Source: a bacterium
GTDB lineage: Bacteria > Patescibacteriota > CPR2 > UBA1875 > JAJYID01
DNA: 64,000 bases
NCBI GenBank assembly: GCA_030647205.1
Contig: JAUSJO010000006.1
Location: forward strand, 11,163-75,162
Reading direction: 5' to 3'
This document shows positions 20,828-29,092 of this stretch, in pieces (the first letter of the stretch is position 1; each line of letters starts with the position of its first letter). Under the pieces are notes generated by a model. It saw only the letters and a program-made list of their open reading frames with translations, was not told where the DNA came from and did not search any database. A program made the position numbers and the translations under genes.

Positions 20828-21349
20828 CTACTTCCTCTTTCTTGAGAACTTGCAACCGCAGTATTTCTGTAAATAAAGCTCTAATCCTCTTGAGATCTCT
20901 CGTGATTCCTTGTAAAGCGGTCTGAAATCTTGATAATAAAACTTTATCCCAAATTCTTTACCGGCTTCTTCTCCAATCTCTTTTAATTTATCATGGTACT
21001 GAAATGGACTGATAAGAAGAGTGGTTGAGAAATGCGAGAAACCATTTTCACTGGCATACTCAGCAGTCCTGGCTAACCTTTGCTTATAACAAAGCAGACA
21101 CCTGTCCGGCTTGGTTTTTGTATCGCCAATATACTCAAAAAAATCATCTCTCTCCTGTTCGGGCACAATTAGTCCAATCCCGTTGAATTCTACTACTTTC
21201 TTTGCCGAAGCTAACCTTTGTTCAAACTCCGTCTCCGGATAAATATTCGGATTGAAGTAAAACCCCAAAACATCAAACTTAGTATTTAAGTTTGGTATTA
21301 TTGGCGCCGAGCATGGTCCGCAACAAATGTGAAGTAAAAGTTTTTCCAT
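20828..21349 (-). CDS. queH: Epoxyqueuosine reductase QueH (DUF208)
   Basis: MEKLLLHICCGPCSAPIIP... the HxCCxPC signature of QueH. The listed ORF (to 21667) is an upstream in-frame extension. The true start is taken at the ATG complement at 21347-21349. Confidence 0.75.
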   Translation of the reverse strand: MEKLLLHICCGPCSAPIIPNLNTKFDVLGFYFNPNIYPETEFEQRLASAKKVVEFNGIGLIVPEQERDDFFEYIGDTKTKPDRCLLCYKQRLARTAEYASENGFSHFSTTLLISPFQYHDKLKEIGEEAGKEFGIKFYYQDFRPLYKESREISRGLELYLQKYCGCKFSRKRK

Positions 21350-21406
21350 ATTTAACCTTGTTGTATTATAATGTATGCAGCGAATCTTTGAAAAGCTTGG
21401 GAGGGT

Positions 21407-22384
21407 ATTATTTATACGATAAGCGAGAACGGTCTTCGCCGTTTGGCTGAAAGTCTCATAAAAAAATATGATGTCTATGGTCCTGTTAACACGCATGATG
21501 AGGCCGTCTTTTCGAAATATACTTTCAAAAAAATTGGAGCAGGCGATAAAGTAGAGCTTCACTACGGTGTAACGACCGTTCCGCCGACTAAATATCTCTT
21601 TCCGGTGAGGGAAGACATTCTTTATTTCAAAAATAATAAGGAAGTTTTTAAAGACAGTGAAAATCAAAAACCAAGAATCCTCTTTGGGCTTAACTTAGCC
21701 GATCTTGAAGGTATCGACAGGCTTGACAAAGAGTTTTCAGGTCCGATCCAAGACGAGGTTTATGCAAAAAACCATGAAAATACCTACCTTTTTAGCATCG
21801 ACCACTTTGACCCGGAACCTGAAACCTCATACGACCTTCACTTCAAAAAGAAAGACGACAGATATGAAGTTACCACAGGTTCTGCCTTCGGAAGAGAGAT
21901 AGTTGCAGGAAATCCGCTTTTTAGAGAAACAAAGAAAGAGAGTCTCAAAACTTTCGAACCAAAGAAGAGCCCTATTCACAACCTCGATCTTTATAAAATT
22001 ATTGAAAAGTCAAAAGATGATCCTATCTGGGATAAACTGACCGAAACTTGTTTTGGTTGTGGTATCTGCACCTATGTCTGTCCGGTTTGCTATTGCTTTG
22101 AAACAGAGGACAAAGTGAAAGTTGAAGGAATAAAAAAATGCGAAGGTTGCCGCAAACGCCGTTGGGACTCCTGCATGCTTGCCGACTTTGCCTCAATATC
22201 AAGCCATGATTTCAGGCCTGAGCTTCGAGATAGAATCTATAATTGGTATCACCATAAATTCGTAAGAACACCGAAAGAGCATGGTTTTGTAGGCTGTATC
22301 GACTGCGGAAGATGCATTGTCTACTGCCCGGCAAGGATTAACTTCCACGAAACGCTTACTTATTTAATAAAAAAATACTCATGA
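21407..22384 (+). CDS. hydB: Group 3b [NiFe]-hydrogenase beta subunit (sulfhydrogenase HydB-like, 2x[4Fe-4S])
   Basis: CFGCGICTYVCPVC and CIDCGRCIVYCP ferredoxin-like motifs. The N-terminus aligns with archaeal HydB starting upstream of the TTG at 21443. Likely start is ATT at 21407/21410, 3-6 nt after GGGAGGG; the alternative is TTG at 21443. Confidence 0.75.
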   Translation: MIYTISENGLRRLAESLIKKYDVYGPVNTHDEAVFSKYTFKKIGAGDKVELHYGVTTVPPTKYLFPVREDILYFKNNKEVFKDSENQKPRILFGLNLADLEGIDRLDKEFSGPIQDEVYAKNHENTYLFSIDHFDPEPETSYDLHFKKKDDRYEVTTGSAFGREIVAGNPLFRETKKESLKTFEPKKSPIHNLDLYKIIEKSKDDPIWDKLTETCFGCGICTYVCPVCYCFETEDKVKVEGIKKCEGCRKRRWDSCMLADFASISSHDFRPELRDRIYNWYHHKFVRTPKEHGFVGCIDCGRCIVYCPARINFHETLTYLIKKYS

Positions 22385-22391
22385 AAATACA

Positions 22392-22463
22392 TTTGTCATT
22401 CCGGACTCGATCCGGAATCTATATCAATAAAATCTGGATCCTGAATCAAGTTCAGGATGACAG
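22392..22463. repeat. MITE/RPE-like repeat copy C (~72 bp; tttgtcattccggactcgatccggaatc ... ggatgacag) in the hydB-hydG intergenic spacer
   Basis: The TGTCAT termini and tgtcattcc-hairpin-ggaat architecture are shared with the other copies. Confidence 0.65.
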
Positions 22464-22472
22464 CGGGGTAAG

Positions 22473-23291
22473 ATGAAAAACTGTAAAACATGTGATTTCA
22501 AACTTAAAGAAGCAACTGTTGTCAAAGCAGAGAGCCTTTGCCGCGACATAATATCGCTTCGCATCAAGCTAAACAAAGGAAACCTTGAGTTTATCCCGGG
22601 ACAGTTTATCATGCTATCACTTTTTGGATATGGCGAGATACCTGTCGGCATCACCACCACTCCTGACAAAAAAACATATTTTGAGGTTGCAGTGCGTAGC
22701 GTCGGGACAGTGACAAGAGCCATCAACCGGCTGAAAAAGGGCGACAAAATTGGCGTCAGAGGCCCTTATGGAAACGGTTACGATGTTGAAGAGTTACACG
22801 ATAAAGACTTAGTAATTATATCCGGCGGACTTGGGATAGCCCCTTTGAGGTCTTTGATTGAATACGTTGGCGGACATAAGAGAAAATTCAAAAGCCTGCA
22901 AATACTTTACGGCGCGAAGAATCCTGATGAGATTTTGTATGACCGCGAACTCTTTGCGTGCGATAAGTTTGCCCGCGTCATGCTGACAGTTGATGAGAAA
23001 AATGGTCCTTGGGGAGGCCTAACCGGCATTATCACGACTCACATTGATAAACTCAGAATAACCCCCGACCTCAAGGTTATCATGTGCGGTCCTCCGATAA
23101 TGTATAAGTTTGTTATCCCGGAACTTGAAAAGTTCGGCATACCCGATGAAGATATCCAAATCCTTTTGGAAAGGCGGATGAAATGCGGCATCGGCAAGTG
23201 CCAGCACTGCACATTTGGCGACAAATATGTCTGCCTGGACGGACCGGTGTTTAAATATTCGCAAATAAAAGATAATTTGGAAGCAATATAA
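22473..23291 (+). CDS. hydG: Group 3b hydrogenase gamma subunit (FAD/NAD(P)-binding, [2Fe-2S]; HydG-like)
   Basis: Ferredoxin-NADP reductase-like fold, with the C-terminal CGIGKCQHC...C cluster motif typical of PyrK/HydG-type electron-transfer subunits. Confidence 0.8.
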   Translation: MKNCKTCDFKLKEATVVKAESLCRDIISLRIKLNKGNLEFIPGQFIMLSLFGYGEIPVGITTTPDKKTYFEVAVRSVGTVTRAINRLKKGDKIGVRGPYGNGYDVEELHDKDLVIISGGLGIAPLRSLIEYVGGHKRKFKSLQILYGAKNPDEILYDRELFACDKFARVMLTVDEKNGPWGGLTGIITTHIDKLRITPDLKVIMCGPPIMYKFVIPELEKFGIPDEDIQILLERRMKCGIGKCQHCTFGDKYVCLDGPVFKYSQIKDNLEAI

Positions 23292-23758
23292 TGGCAAATC
23301 TAGAGCAGCTGAGAAGTATGCTTCTTCAAAAAAACCAAACTGTTACCGAGATAGAAATGACAAGTGGCAACTATGATACTGACGGGAAGTTAATTGAAAA
23401 CGAGGTGCCAACACTGACAACAGATTTTTGCGAGATAGGAGCCTATAACAACACTTGCTATTTTACGTTCATTCTCGATTCCTGTTCATTCTCACAGAAG
23501 CTCTTAGAGCAGATAAAAGATTATGATAAGATGCATATATACGGTTTCAAAAATTTTCTAACAGACTTATACCCTAAAAGATGTTTTTCATATAAAAAAT
23601 TTGATGAAGAAATCAAAAAAGATGATTATGTTCAGATTCAATTCAATTTTGAAAACATCGGACCAAAGGACATATTAGATAAATATCTTAGCTTGAAATC
23701 TATTTTTGTAAGTACCGATGCCACAGTAATTAACCAAATAACACACAAATTCAAATGA
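23291..23758 (+). CDS. Unknown 155-aa protein (gene X) encoded inside the hydrogenase operon between gamma and delta subunits
   Basis: Its start overlaps the hydG stop (TAATG) and its stop overlaps the hydD start (ATGA). AT-rich. No recognisable domain. Confidence 0.55.
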   Translation: MANLEQLRSMLLQKNQTVTEIEMTSGNYDTDGKLIENEVPTLTTDFCEIGAYNNTCYFTFILDSCSFSQKLLEQIKDYDKMHIYGFKNFLTDLYPKRCFSYKKFDEEIKKDDYVQIQFNFENIGPKDILDKYLSLKSIFVSTDATVINQITHKFK

Positions 23759-24498
23759 AAAGCCCAAAACCTAAAATAGCAATTTTTGACCTGACCGACT
23801 GTGAAGGCTGTGAACTTCAGATGTTAAATCTGAAAGGCAGGCTTTTGAAACTAGCAGAATTAGTTGACATTCCTATCTGGCGGCTGGCAAAGTCACCGGC
23901 AGAGTTCGGCCCTTTTGATATTTCGTTTATAGAAGGCACGCCGATGAGCAAAGATGATATCGCGGTTGCCAAAAAAGTACGTGAAAGGTCAAAAAAAGTT
24001 GTCGCTCTTGGCGCATGCGCCCACCTCGGCGGAGTACCTGCAGAACTTGATGAGACAAAACGAGATAAGTTTATGAAGGAGGTTTACGGGGGAAACTATA
24101 AAACATCCTCAAAAGCAGCCAAACCCCTTTCCGCATATATACACGTTGACTACTTCATACACGGCTGTCCGATAGACCTCGACGAAGCCGAAAGAGTTAT
24201 AGTTGATCTTTTGATGGATAAAAACCCTGTCGGACCTTCCACTCCGGTTTGTCTTGAATGCAAAGAAAAAGAAAATCCTTGCGTGCTTTTAAAGGGCGAG
24301 CCGTGCCAAGGACCAATAACCGAGGGCGGATGCAAGGCCGTTTGCCCATCAAATGGACTTCGTTGCTGGGGATGCCAGGGACATACAAAAAATGCGAATG
24401 TTGGGGCGATGGAAAAGAGTTTGGAACGAATCGGCTATAAAGATCAGGCCGAAAACATCATGGGAGCATTTACTAAAGAGCGTGGGGAGAAAAAATGA
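23755..24498 (+). CDS. hydD: [NiFe]-hydrogenase small (delta) subunit
   Basis: IAIFDLTDCEGC proximal-cluster motif, with further Cys ligands (GACAHLGG..., HGCP, CLEC, CQGPITEGGCKAVCP). Confidence 0.8.
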   Translation: MKSPKPKIAIFDLTDCEGCELQMLNLKGRLLKLAELVDIPIWRLAKSPAEFGPFDISFIEGTPMSKDDIAVAKKVRERSKKVVALGACAHLGGVPAELDETKRDKFMKEVYGGNYKTSSKAAKPLSAYIHVDYFIHGCPIDLDEAERVIVDLLMDKNPVGPSTPVCLECKEKENPCVLLKGEPCQGPITEGGCKAVCPSNGLRCWGCQGHTKNANVGAMEKSLERIGYKDQAENIMGAFTKERGEKK

Positions 24499-25748
24499 AA
24501 GATTTACTAGACAAATATATTTGCAGGATTGAAGGTCATGGCTATCTCAAGCTCTCATACGAACATGCCAAAGTTCAGCTTGTTGTAGACGAAGGTGAGA
24601 GGCTTTTTGAAAAACTTTTAATCGGGCGCCCATACTCTGATGCGCCGTTTATCACCGCTCGCATTTGCGGTGTCTGCCCCACCGCCCATACTCTTGCCTC
24701 CATCTCGGCTTTGGAAAATGCATTCGGCATCAATGTAAATAAAGATATAGAGACACTTCGAAAGGTTTTGCTCGCAGGACAAATAATCCAGTCTCACGCG
24801 CTTCACATTTTCTTTCTTGCCGCTCCTGACTATATCGGGCTCGATAATGCCCTCGAACTTGCCGACAAAAAACCGGAAGTTTTTAAGATTGCGCTTTCAC
24901 TAAAAGAAATTGGGGATGACATAGTCCGAACCATCGGCGGACGTCAGGTCCACCCGGTCACTCCAACGGTCGGCGGATTTACAAATAAATTTGATAAGAA
25001 AGTTTTGCAGGATTTAAGGAAAAGAGTTGAAGGCAACATGCACTTTGCCCTTGAAGCGCTGGATCTGGTCGGGAAATTTAAATATCCAAACTTTGAACAC
25101 GAAACTCAGAACTTTGCCCTTACAAACTGGGGAACTTATGCATTTTTGAACGGCAAAATCACCTCAAACAAGGGGCTTAAAACCGATGTTCAAAACTATG
25201 AGCTAAACATTAAAGAGAAGGTTCTGGAGTATTCAAGCGCCAAACATGCCACACATAATAAAGAAAGTTTCATGGTTGGATCTCTATCACGAGTAAATCT
25301 GCAAGCCGACAAACTAAATCCAAAAGCAAAGAAAGCAGTTCATCATTTCAAGGGAATCAGTTTTCCGAGTTCAAATCCTTACCATATCAACCTTGCCCAA
25401 GCAGTGGAAACAGTACATTTCATGGAAGAAGTTGTTCAATGCCTAGATACTCTCATCAATGGACGCGCGCTGATCCTAAAAAGTCCATATAAAGTAAAAG
25501 CATCATCAGCTGCGGGAGCCATCGAGGCGCCTCGCGGAACACTCTATCATTATTATGAAATTGACGCTAAAGGTATCATCAAAGACTGCGACATTATCAC
25601 GCCAACAGTACAAAATCTCGAAGATATAGAGAAAAGTGCAGAATACATCTTAGAAAACACTAAAGATTTGCCCGAAAAAGAGCGCTATCACCTTCTCGAA
25701 ATGCTCGTCCGCGCCTATGACCCCTGCATTACCTGCTCAGTACACTAA
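24495..25748 (+). CDS. hydA: [NiFe]-hydrogenase large (alpha) subunit
   Basis: N-terminal RICGVCPTAH (L1) motif and C-terminal DPCITCSVH (L2) motif. The protein ends exactly at the conserved His, with no C-terminal extension. Confidence 0.85.
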   Translation: MKDLLDKYICRIEGHGYLKLSYEHAKVQLVVDEGERLFEKLLIGRPYSDAPFITARICGVCPTAHTLASISALENAFGINVNKDIETLRKVLLAGQIIQSHALHIFFLAAPDYIGLDNALELADKKPEVFKIALSLKEIGDDIVRTIGGRQVHPVTPTVGGFTNKFDKKVLQDLRKRVEGNMHFALEALDLVGKFKYPNFEHETQNFALTNWGTYAFLNGKITSNKGLKTDVQNYELNIKEKVLEYSSAKHATHNKESFMVGSLSRVNLQADKLNPKAKKAVHHFKGISFPSSNPYHINLAQAVETVHFMEEVVQCLDTLINGRALILKSPYKVKASSAAGAIEAPRGTLYHYYEIDAKGIIKDCDIITPTVQNLEDIEKSAEYILENTKDLPEKERYHLLEMLVRAYDPCITCSVH

Positions 25749-25809
25749 GATAAAGGACGAGGTCTAATAGACCTCGTCCTTTGTTATACATAATAATGTT
25801 CATGAACCC

Positions 25810-26505
25810 TCAACCTGCATAGGCGGCTAAGTTCTTTGTCTCGCCATTTGCATAATATGCGGTAAAGTTCACTACATCATAAGCAGAAAGTGGAGCGATG
25901 CCAAACACGCTGCCACTATCCATCATGATAAGATTATTATTTGGGATCAGTAATGGCGCCATACCTACTGGTGTATGCCCCACAATAAGCCTCTTAGGGA
26001 AACTGTAGTTCACAGTTTCACAATAGGCCGCGAGGTCCGGTATCCAGAGCTTTGTTTCGGCGCTGGTCCTCGCTCTCGGCATAAAGCCTGCGTGTGCATA
26101 AAGAGCCTGCTTCGTCTCGAGATGGATAACGGTGTTTTTATGCAACCATCGTCCCGCTGCAAGCAAAGACTCTTTGGTCCGAAAAGATTCAATAGTAGCA
26201 AGACCACCATGTTTCTCAAAGAACCCTTCCTCATATTCGCAAACGCTCTCGATACCAAGATAATCAAAAAGCATGTCTTCATGATTGCCTCTTACTATAA
26301 ATACCCGGTCCGGCATGGACTCTTTCATCTCCCTGATTTTTTCGACTACTTCTCGAGACTGCAGTCCCCGATCAATTAAATCGCCAAGAAAGATAATCTT
26401 ATCTTCTGGGCATATCGGGCCAATAGTCTTTAAGAGGTCAACAAAATCATCGAAACAACCATGAATATCCCCTATCGAGATCTCTCTCGGCTCCACTCTC
26501 ATCAC
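25810..26505 (-). CDS. Metallophosphoesterase (PPP-family Ser/Thr phosphatase / ApaH-like)
   Basis: GDIHG...GDLIDRG...GNHE calcineurin-like phosphoesterase motifs. Confidence 0.75.
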   Translation of the reverse strand: MMRVEPREISIGDIHGCFDDFVDLLKTIGPICPEDKIIFLGDLIDRGLQSREVVEKIREMKESMPDRVFIVRGNHEDMLFDYLGIESVCEYEEGFFEKHGGLATIESFRTKESLLAAGRWLHKNTVIHLETKQALYAHAGFMPRARTSAETKLWIPDLAAYCETVNYSFPKRLIVGHTPVGMAPLLIPNNNLIMMDSGSVFGIAPLSAYDVVNFTAYYANGETKNLAAYAG

Positions 26506-26623
26506 CCCCCTGATGTATATAATTTAACAAGGAACTTACGGACAACCATTATAGAAGATAACTACAAATAGGTCAACTTAATAAGCCCTCCTCATTTAGC
26601 ATAATCTAATGTAATATTGGGAC

Positions 26624-26839
26624 ATGTGTTTAGCGTTTCCGGGCAAGATTTTAAAGATTCAAGGCGACAAGTCAGTCGTTGATTTTGATGGCGTAGAAAA
26701 AGAAGTTAACATTTCCTTGATTAAGGGCGCAAAAGTTGATGAATATGTCATGGTTCATGCCGGTTTTGCCATCCAGATAATGGGCAAAAAGGACGCTCTG
26801 GAAGTTTTCAAGCTCTATAAAGAAGCTGAGGGAAAATGA
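26624..26839 (+). CDS. hypC: Hydrogenase maturation factor HypC
   Basis: 71 aa starting MCLAFPGKI... (the essential N-terminal Cys2 of HypC/HupF). Confidence 0.8.
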   Translation: MCLAFPGKILKIQGDKSVVDFDGVEKEVNISLIKGAKVDEYVMVHAGFAIQIMGKKDALEVFKLYKEAEGK

Positions 26840-27870
26840 GTGAACAAGAAGTTCTAAAAGACATACACACCCTCGCCAAGAAGATTGGCCGAAATGTGAA
26901 CCTGATGGAAGTTTGCGGTACTCATACCCAAGCTGTAGCCAGAGCAGGGCTAAAGTCACTTTTGCCAAAAAATGTTCATCTGACTACCGGCCCCGGCTGT
27001 CCGGTCTGTGTCACAGCTCAAGAAGATATAGACGCTATCGTTTCTCTAGCTCTCGCCGGCATTCCCGTAGCCACTTATGGGGATATGATGAGAGTTCCGG
27101 GAAGCTTTGGCAGTCTAGATCAAGCTCGGGAAAAGGGCGCCCAAGTGTTTGATATCTATTCAACAGAAGAAGCACTTGAAATCCAAAAGGAATATCCTGA
27201 CTTAGTATTCTTTGGTCTTGGTTTTGAAACAACCGCCCCCATGAGCGCTTTTGCTATCCAAAAGGGATTAGTTATCTATCCTACCCACAAACTTTTTCTG
27301 CCCGCCATGAAAGCCTTGCTTGAAATCGGCGAACTGAAAATAGACGGCTACATCTGCCCCGGACATGTTTCAGCAATTATCGGCTCTAAACCCTATGAAG
27401 AAATGAGAGTACCACAAGTGATTACCGGCTTTCAACCTGACGACATTTTGGTCGCTATCTATATGCTGCTCAAGCAACTAGCTGAAGATCGAGCCGATGT
27501 AGAAAACGAATATGTCCGCCTTGTTAAAGAAGGTGGAAATCCGGAAGCTTTGAACCAAATATTCGAGGTTTTCGAAGAGTCAGATGGAAACTGGCGGGGA
27601 TTTGGTACCATTCCCGGTTCGGGGCTTAAAATAAAAGAAAAATATAAAGCCTTTGATGCTAGACTTAAGTATAAAGATATATTAGATAGAGTTGACTTTT
27701 CAAAGTCTCGGAAACCGACCGCTTGCAAATGCGGAGAGATTATAAGGGGGCTAAAAAGTCCAACAGATTGCCCGGTATTTAAGAAAGGTTGCACGCCTGA
27801 CAAACCTATCGGTCCATGCATGGTTTCGGTCGAGGGTGCTTGCAACGTGGAGTATCGATATGGTAAATGA
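26836..27870 (+). CDS. hypD: Hydrogenase maturation factor HypD
   Basis: CGTHT, GPGCPVCV and C-terminal CxxC...C motifs of HypD. 344 aa. Confidence 0.85.
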   Translation: MSEQEVLKDIHTLAKKIGRNVNLMEVCGTHTQAVARAGLKSLLPKNVHLTTGPGCPVCVTAQEDIDAIVSLALAGIPVATYGDMMRVPGSFGSLDQAREKGAQVFDIYSTEEALEIQKEYPDLVFFGLGFETTAPMSAFAIQKGLVIYPTHKLFLPAMKALLEIGELKIDGYICPGHVSAIIGSKPYEEMRVPQVITGFQPDDILVAIYMLLKQLAEDRADVENEYVRLVKEGGNPEALNQIFEVFEESDGNWRGFGTIPGSGLKIKEKYKAFDARLKYKDILDRVDFSKSRKPTACKCGEIIRGLKSPTDCPVFKKGCTPDKPIGPCMVSVEGACNVEYRYGK

Positions 27871-28873
27871 CGAGTCAATAGAACTGGATCACGGCGGTGG
27901 CGGATATAAGTCCTGGGAACTGCTTCAGGATATCCGCGGAGCTTTGAAATCCAGGGGTAAATGGCAAAACTGTGAGGATGATGCCGCCGTTTACGACCTA
28001 TCCTCTTCTGTCATTCCCGCGAAGGCGGGAATCCATTCAAAATTGGTTTTTACTAGCGACGCTTTTATAGTTGAGCCAATATTCTTCCCCGGTGGAGATA
28101 TCGGGAAGATTGCCATGTGCGGAACTATTAACGACCTTTCCGTCATGGGAGCAAAACCTCTCGGCATTTCCCTGAGTATCGTCATGGAAGAAGGATTTTC
28201 AAAAACTGATTTGATGAAGATTATGCGCTCAATAAATAAAGTTTCTGAAGAATCAGGCGTTCCGGTCGTCACTGGCGACACCAAAGTTATGCAAAAAGGA
28301 AAGATCGATAAAATAGAAATCACTACCGCCGGAGTCGGCCTAGCTGATCGTGTCATCGAGAATAAAGGGATCAAAGCTGGAGATGTGATTATCTCCTCCG
28401 GTGACCTTGGTGAACATGCTGTTACCCTCCTTGCCAGCAGGTTTAACTACAAAACAAAGATAATCAGCGACTCCAAACCTTTGAATAAGGAAATTGAGAA
28501 AGTTGGTGAGTATCTAAATGCCTGCAAAGACCCGACCCGAGGAGGACTCGCCGCCAATATCGTAGAAATGGCCAATAAATCTAGGGTAAAGATTGTTTTA
28601 GATGAGAAAACCTTGCCCTACAAGAAAGAAACTGTCGCTGTCTCTGAACTGCTCGGCATAGATATATTTGCGCTTGCAAGTGAGGGCCGTTTCATCGCTA
28701 GCGTTTCCCCAAAAAATGCCGATAAAGTCTTAGAAATTTTAAAGAAATTTAATAATGAAGCCAAAGTAATCGGCCATGCAGAGGCCGGCTCTGGCGTATA
28801 CCTCAAAACCAAACTTGGCGCCCTCCGCCCTATCGAGATGCCGAAAGGAAAACTAATTCCCAGAATTTGTTAA
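27860..28873 (+). CDS. hypE: Hydrogenase maturation carbamoyl dehydratase HypE (contains an in-frame 27-bp palindromic repeat insertion)
   Basis: IELDHGGGG..., FFPGGDIGKIAMCGTINDL..., C-terminal PRIC. It aligns to E. coli HypE end to end, with about 5 extra residues (IPAKAGIH) that coincide with the repeat at 28008-28034. The start is taken at the ATG at 27860 (the ORF track starts at 27836). Confidence 0.85.
   Translation: MVNDESIELDHGGGGYKSWELLQDIRGALKSRGKWQNCEDDAAVYDLSSSVIPAKAGIHSKLVFTSDAFIVEPIFFPGGDIGKIAMCGTINDLSVMGAKPLGISLSIVMEEGFSKTDLMKIMRSINKVSEESGVPVVTGDTKVMQKGKIDKIEITTAGVGLADRVIENKGIKAGDVIISSGDLGEHAVTLLASRFNYKTKIISDSKPLNKEIEKVGEYLNACKDPTRGGLAANIVEMANKSRVKIVLDEKTLPYKKETVAVSELLGIDIFALASEGRFIASVSPKNADKVLEILKKFNNEAKVIGHAEAGSGVYLKTKLGALRPIEMPKGKLIPRIC
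28008..28034. repeat. 27-bp palindromic hairpin repeat (ctgtcattcccgcgaaggcgggaatcc) inside hypE
   Basis: Near-identical to the reverse complement of 1707-1733. It encodes VIPAKAGIH in frame. Confidence 0.7.
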
Positions 28874-28876
28874 AAC

Positions 28877-29092
28877 ATGAAGAATAAATCAGTCAAAATT
28901 ATCTATAAAAACTTTCGAGGTGAAGTTACTACTCGTGAAATTATCCCTGACCATATTCGGTTTGAAGGTACACAGTGGCACAAGGAGCCTCAATGGACAC
29001 TGCATGCATTTGATATAGAGAAAAAAGCTATACGATATTTCGCAATAAAAGATATTCAAGAATGGTTAACAGACAGTACCGACAAGAAATAA
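28877..29092 (+). CDS. Hypothetical 71-aa protein immediately downstream of hypE
   Basis: ORF track. There is a 3-nt gap after hypE. No recognisable family. Confidence 0.4.
   Translation: MKNKSVKIIYKNFRGEVTTREIIPDHIRFEGTQWHKEPQWTLHAFDIEKKAIRYFAIKDIQEWLTDSTDKK

Noticed and set aside
20828-21667. Long 279-aa form of the queH ORF
   Set aside because: The first 106 codons overlap the divergent hydrogenase promoter and beta-subunit start and encode no QueH-like sequence. QueH homology begins at MEKLLLHICCGPC (start at 21349).
22424-22747. 107-aa minus-strand ORF
   Set aside because: Antisense to hydG and overlapping a MITE-like repeat. No support.
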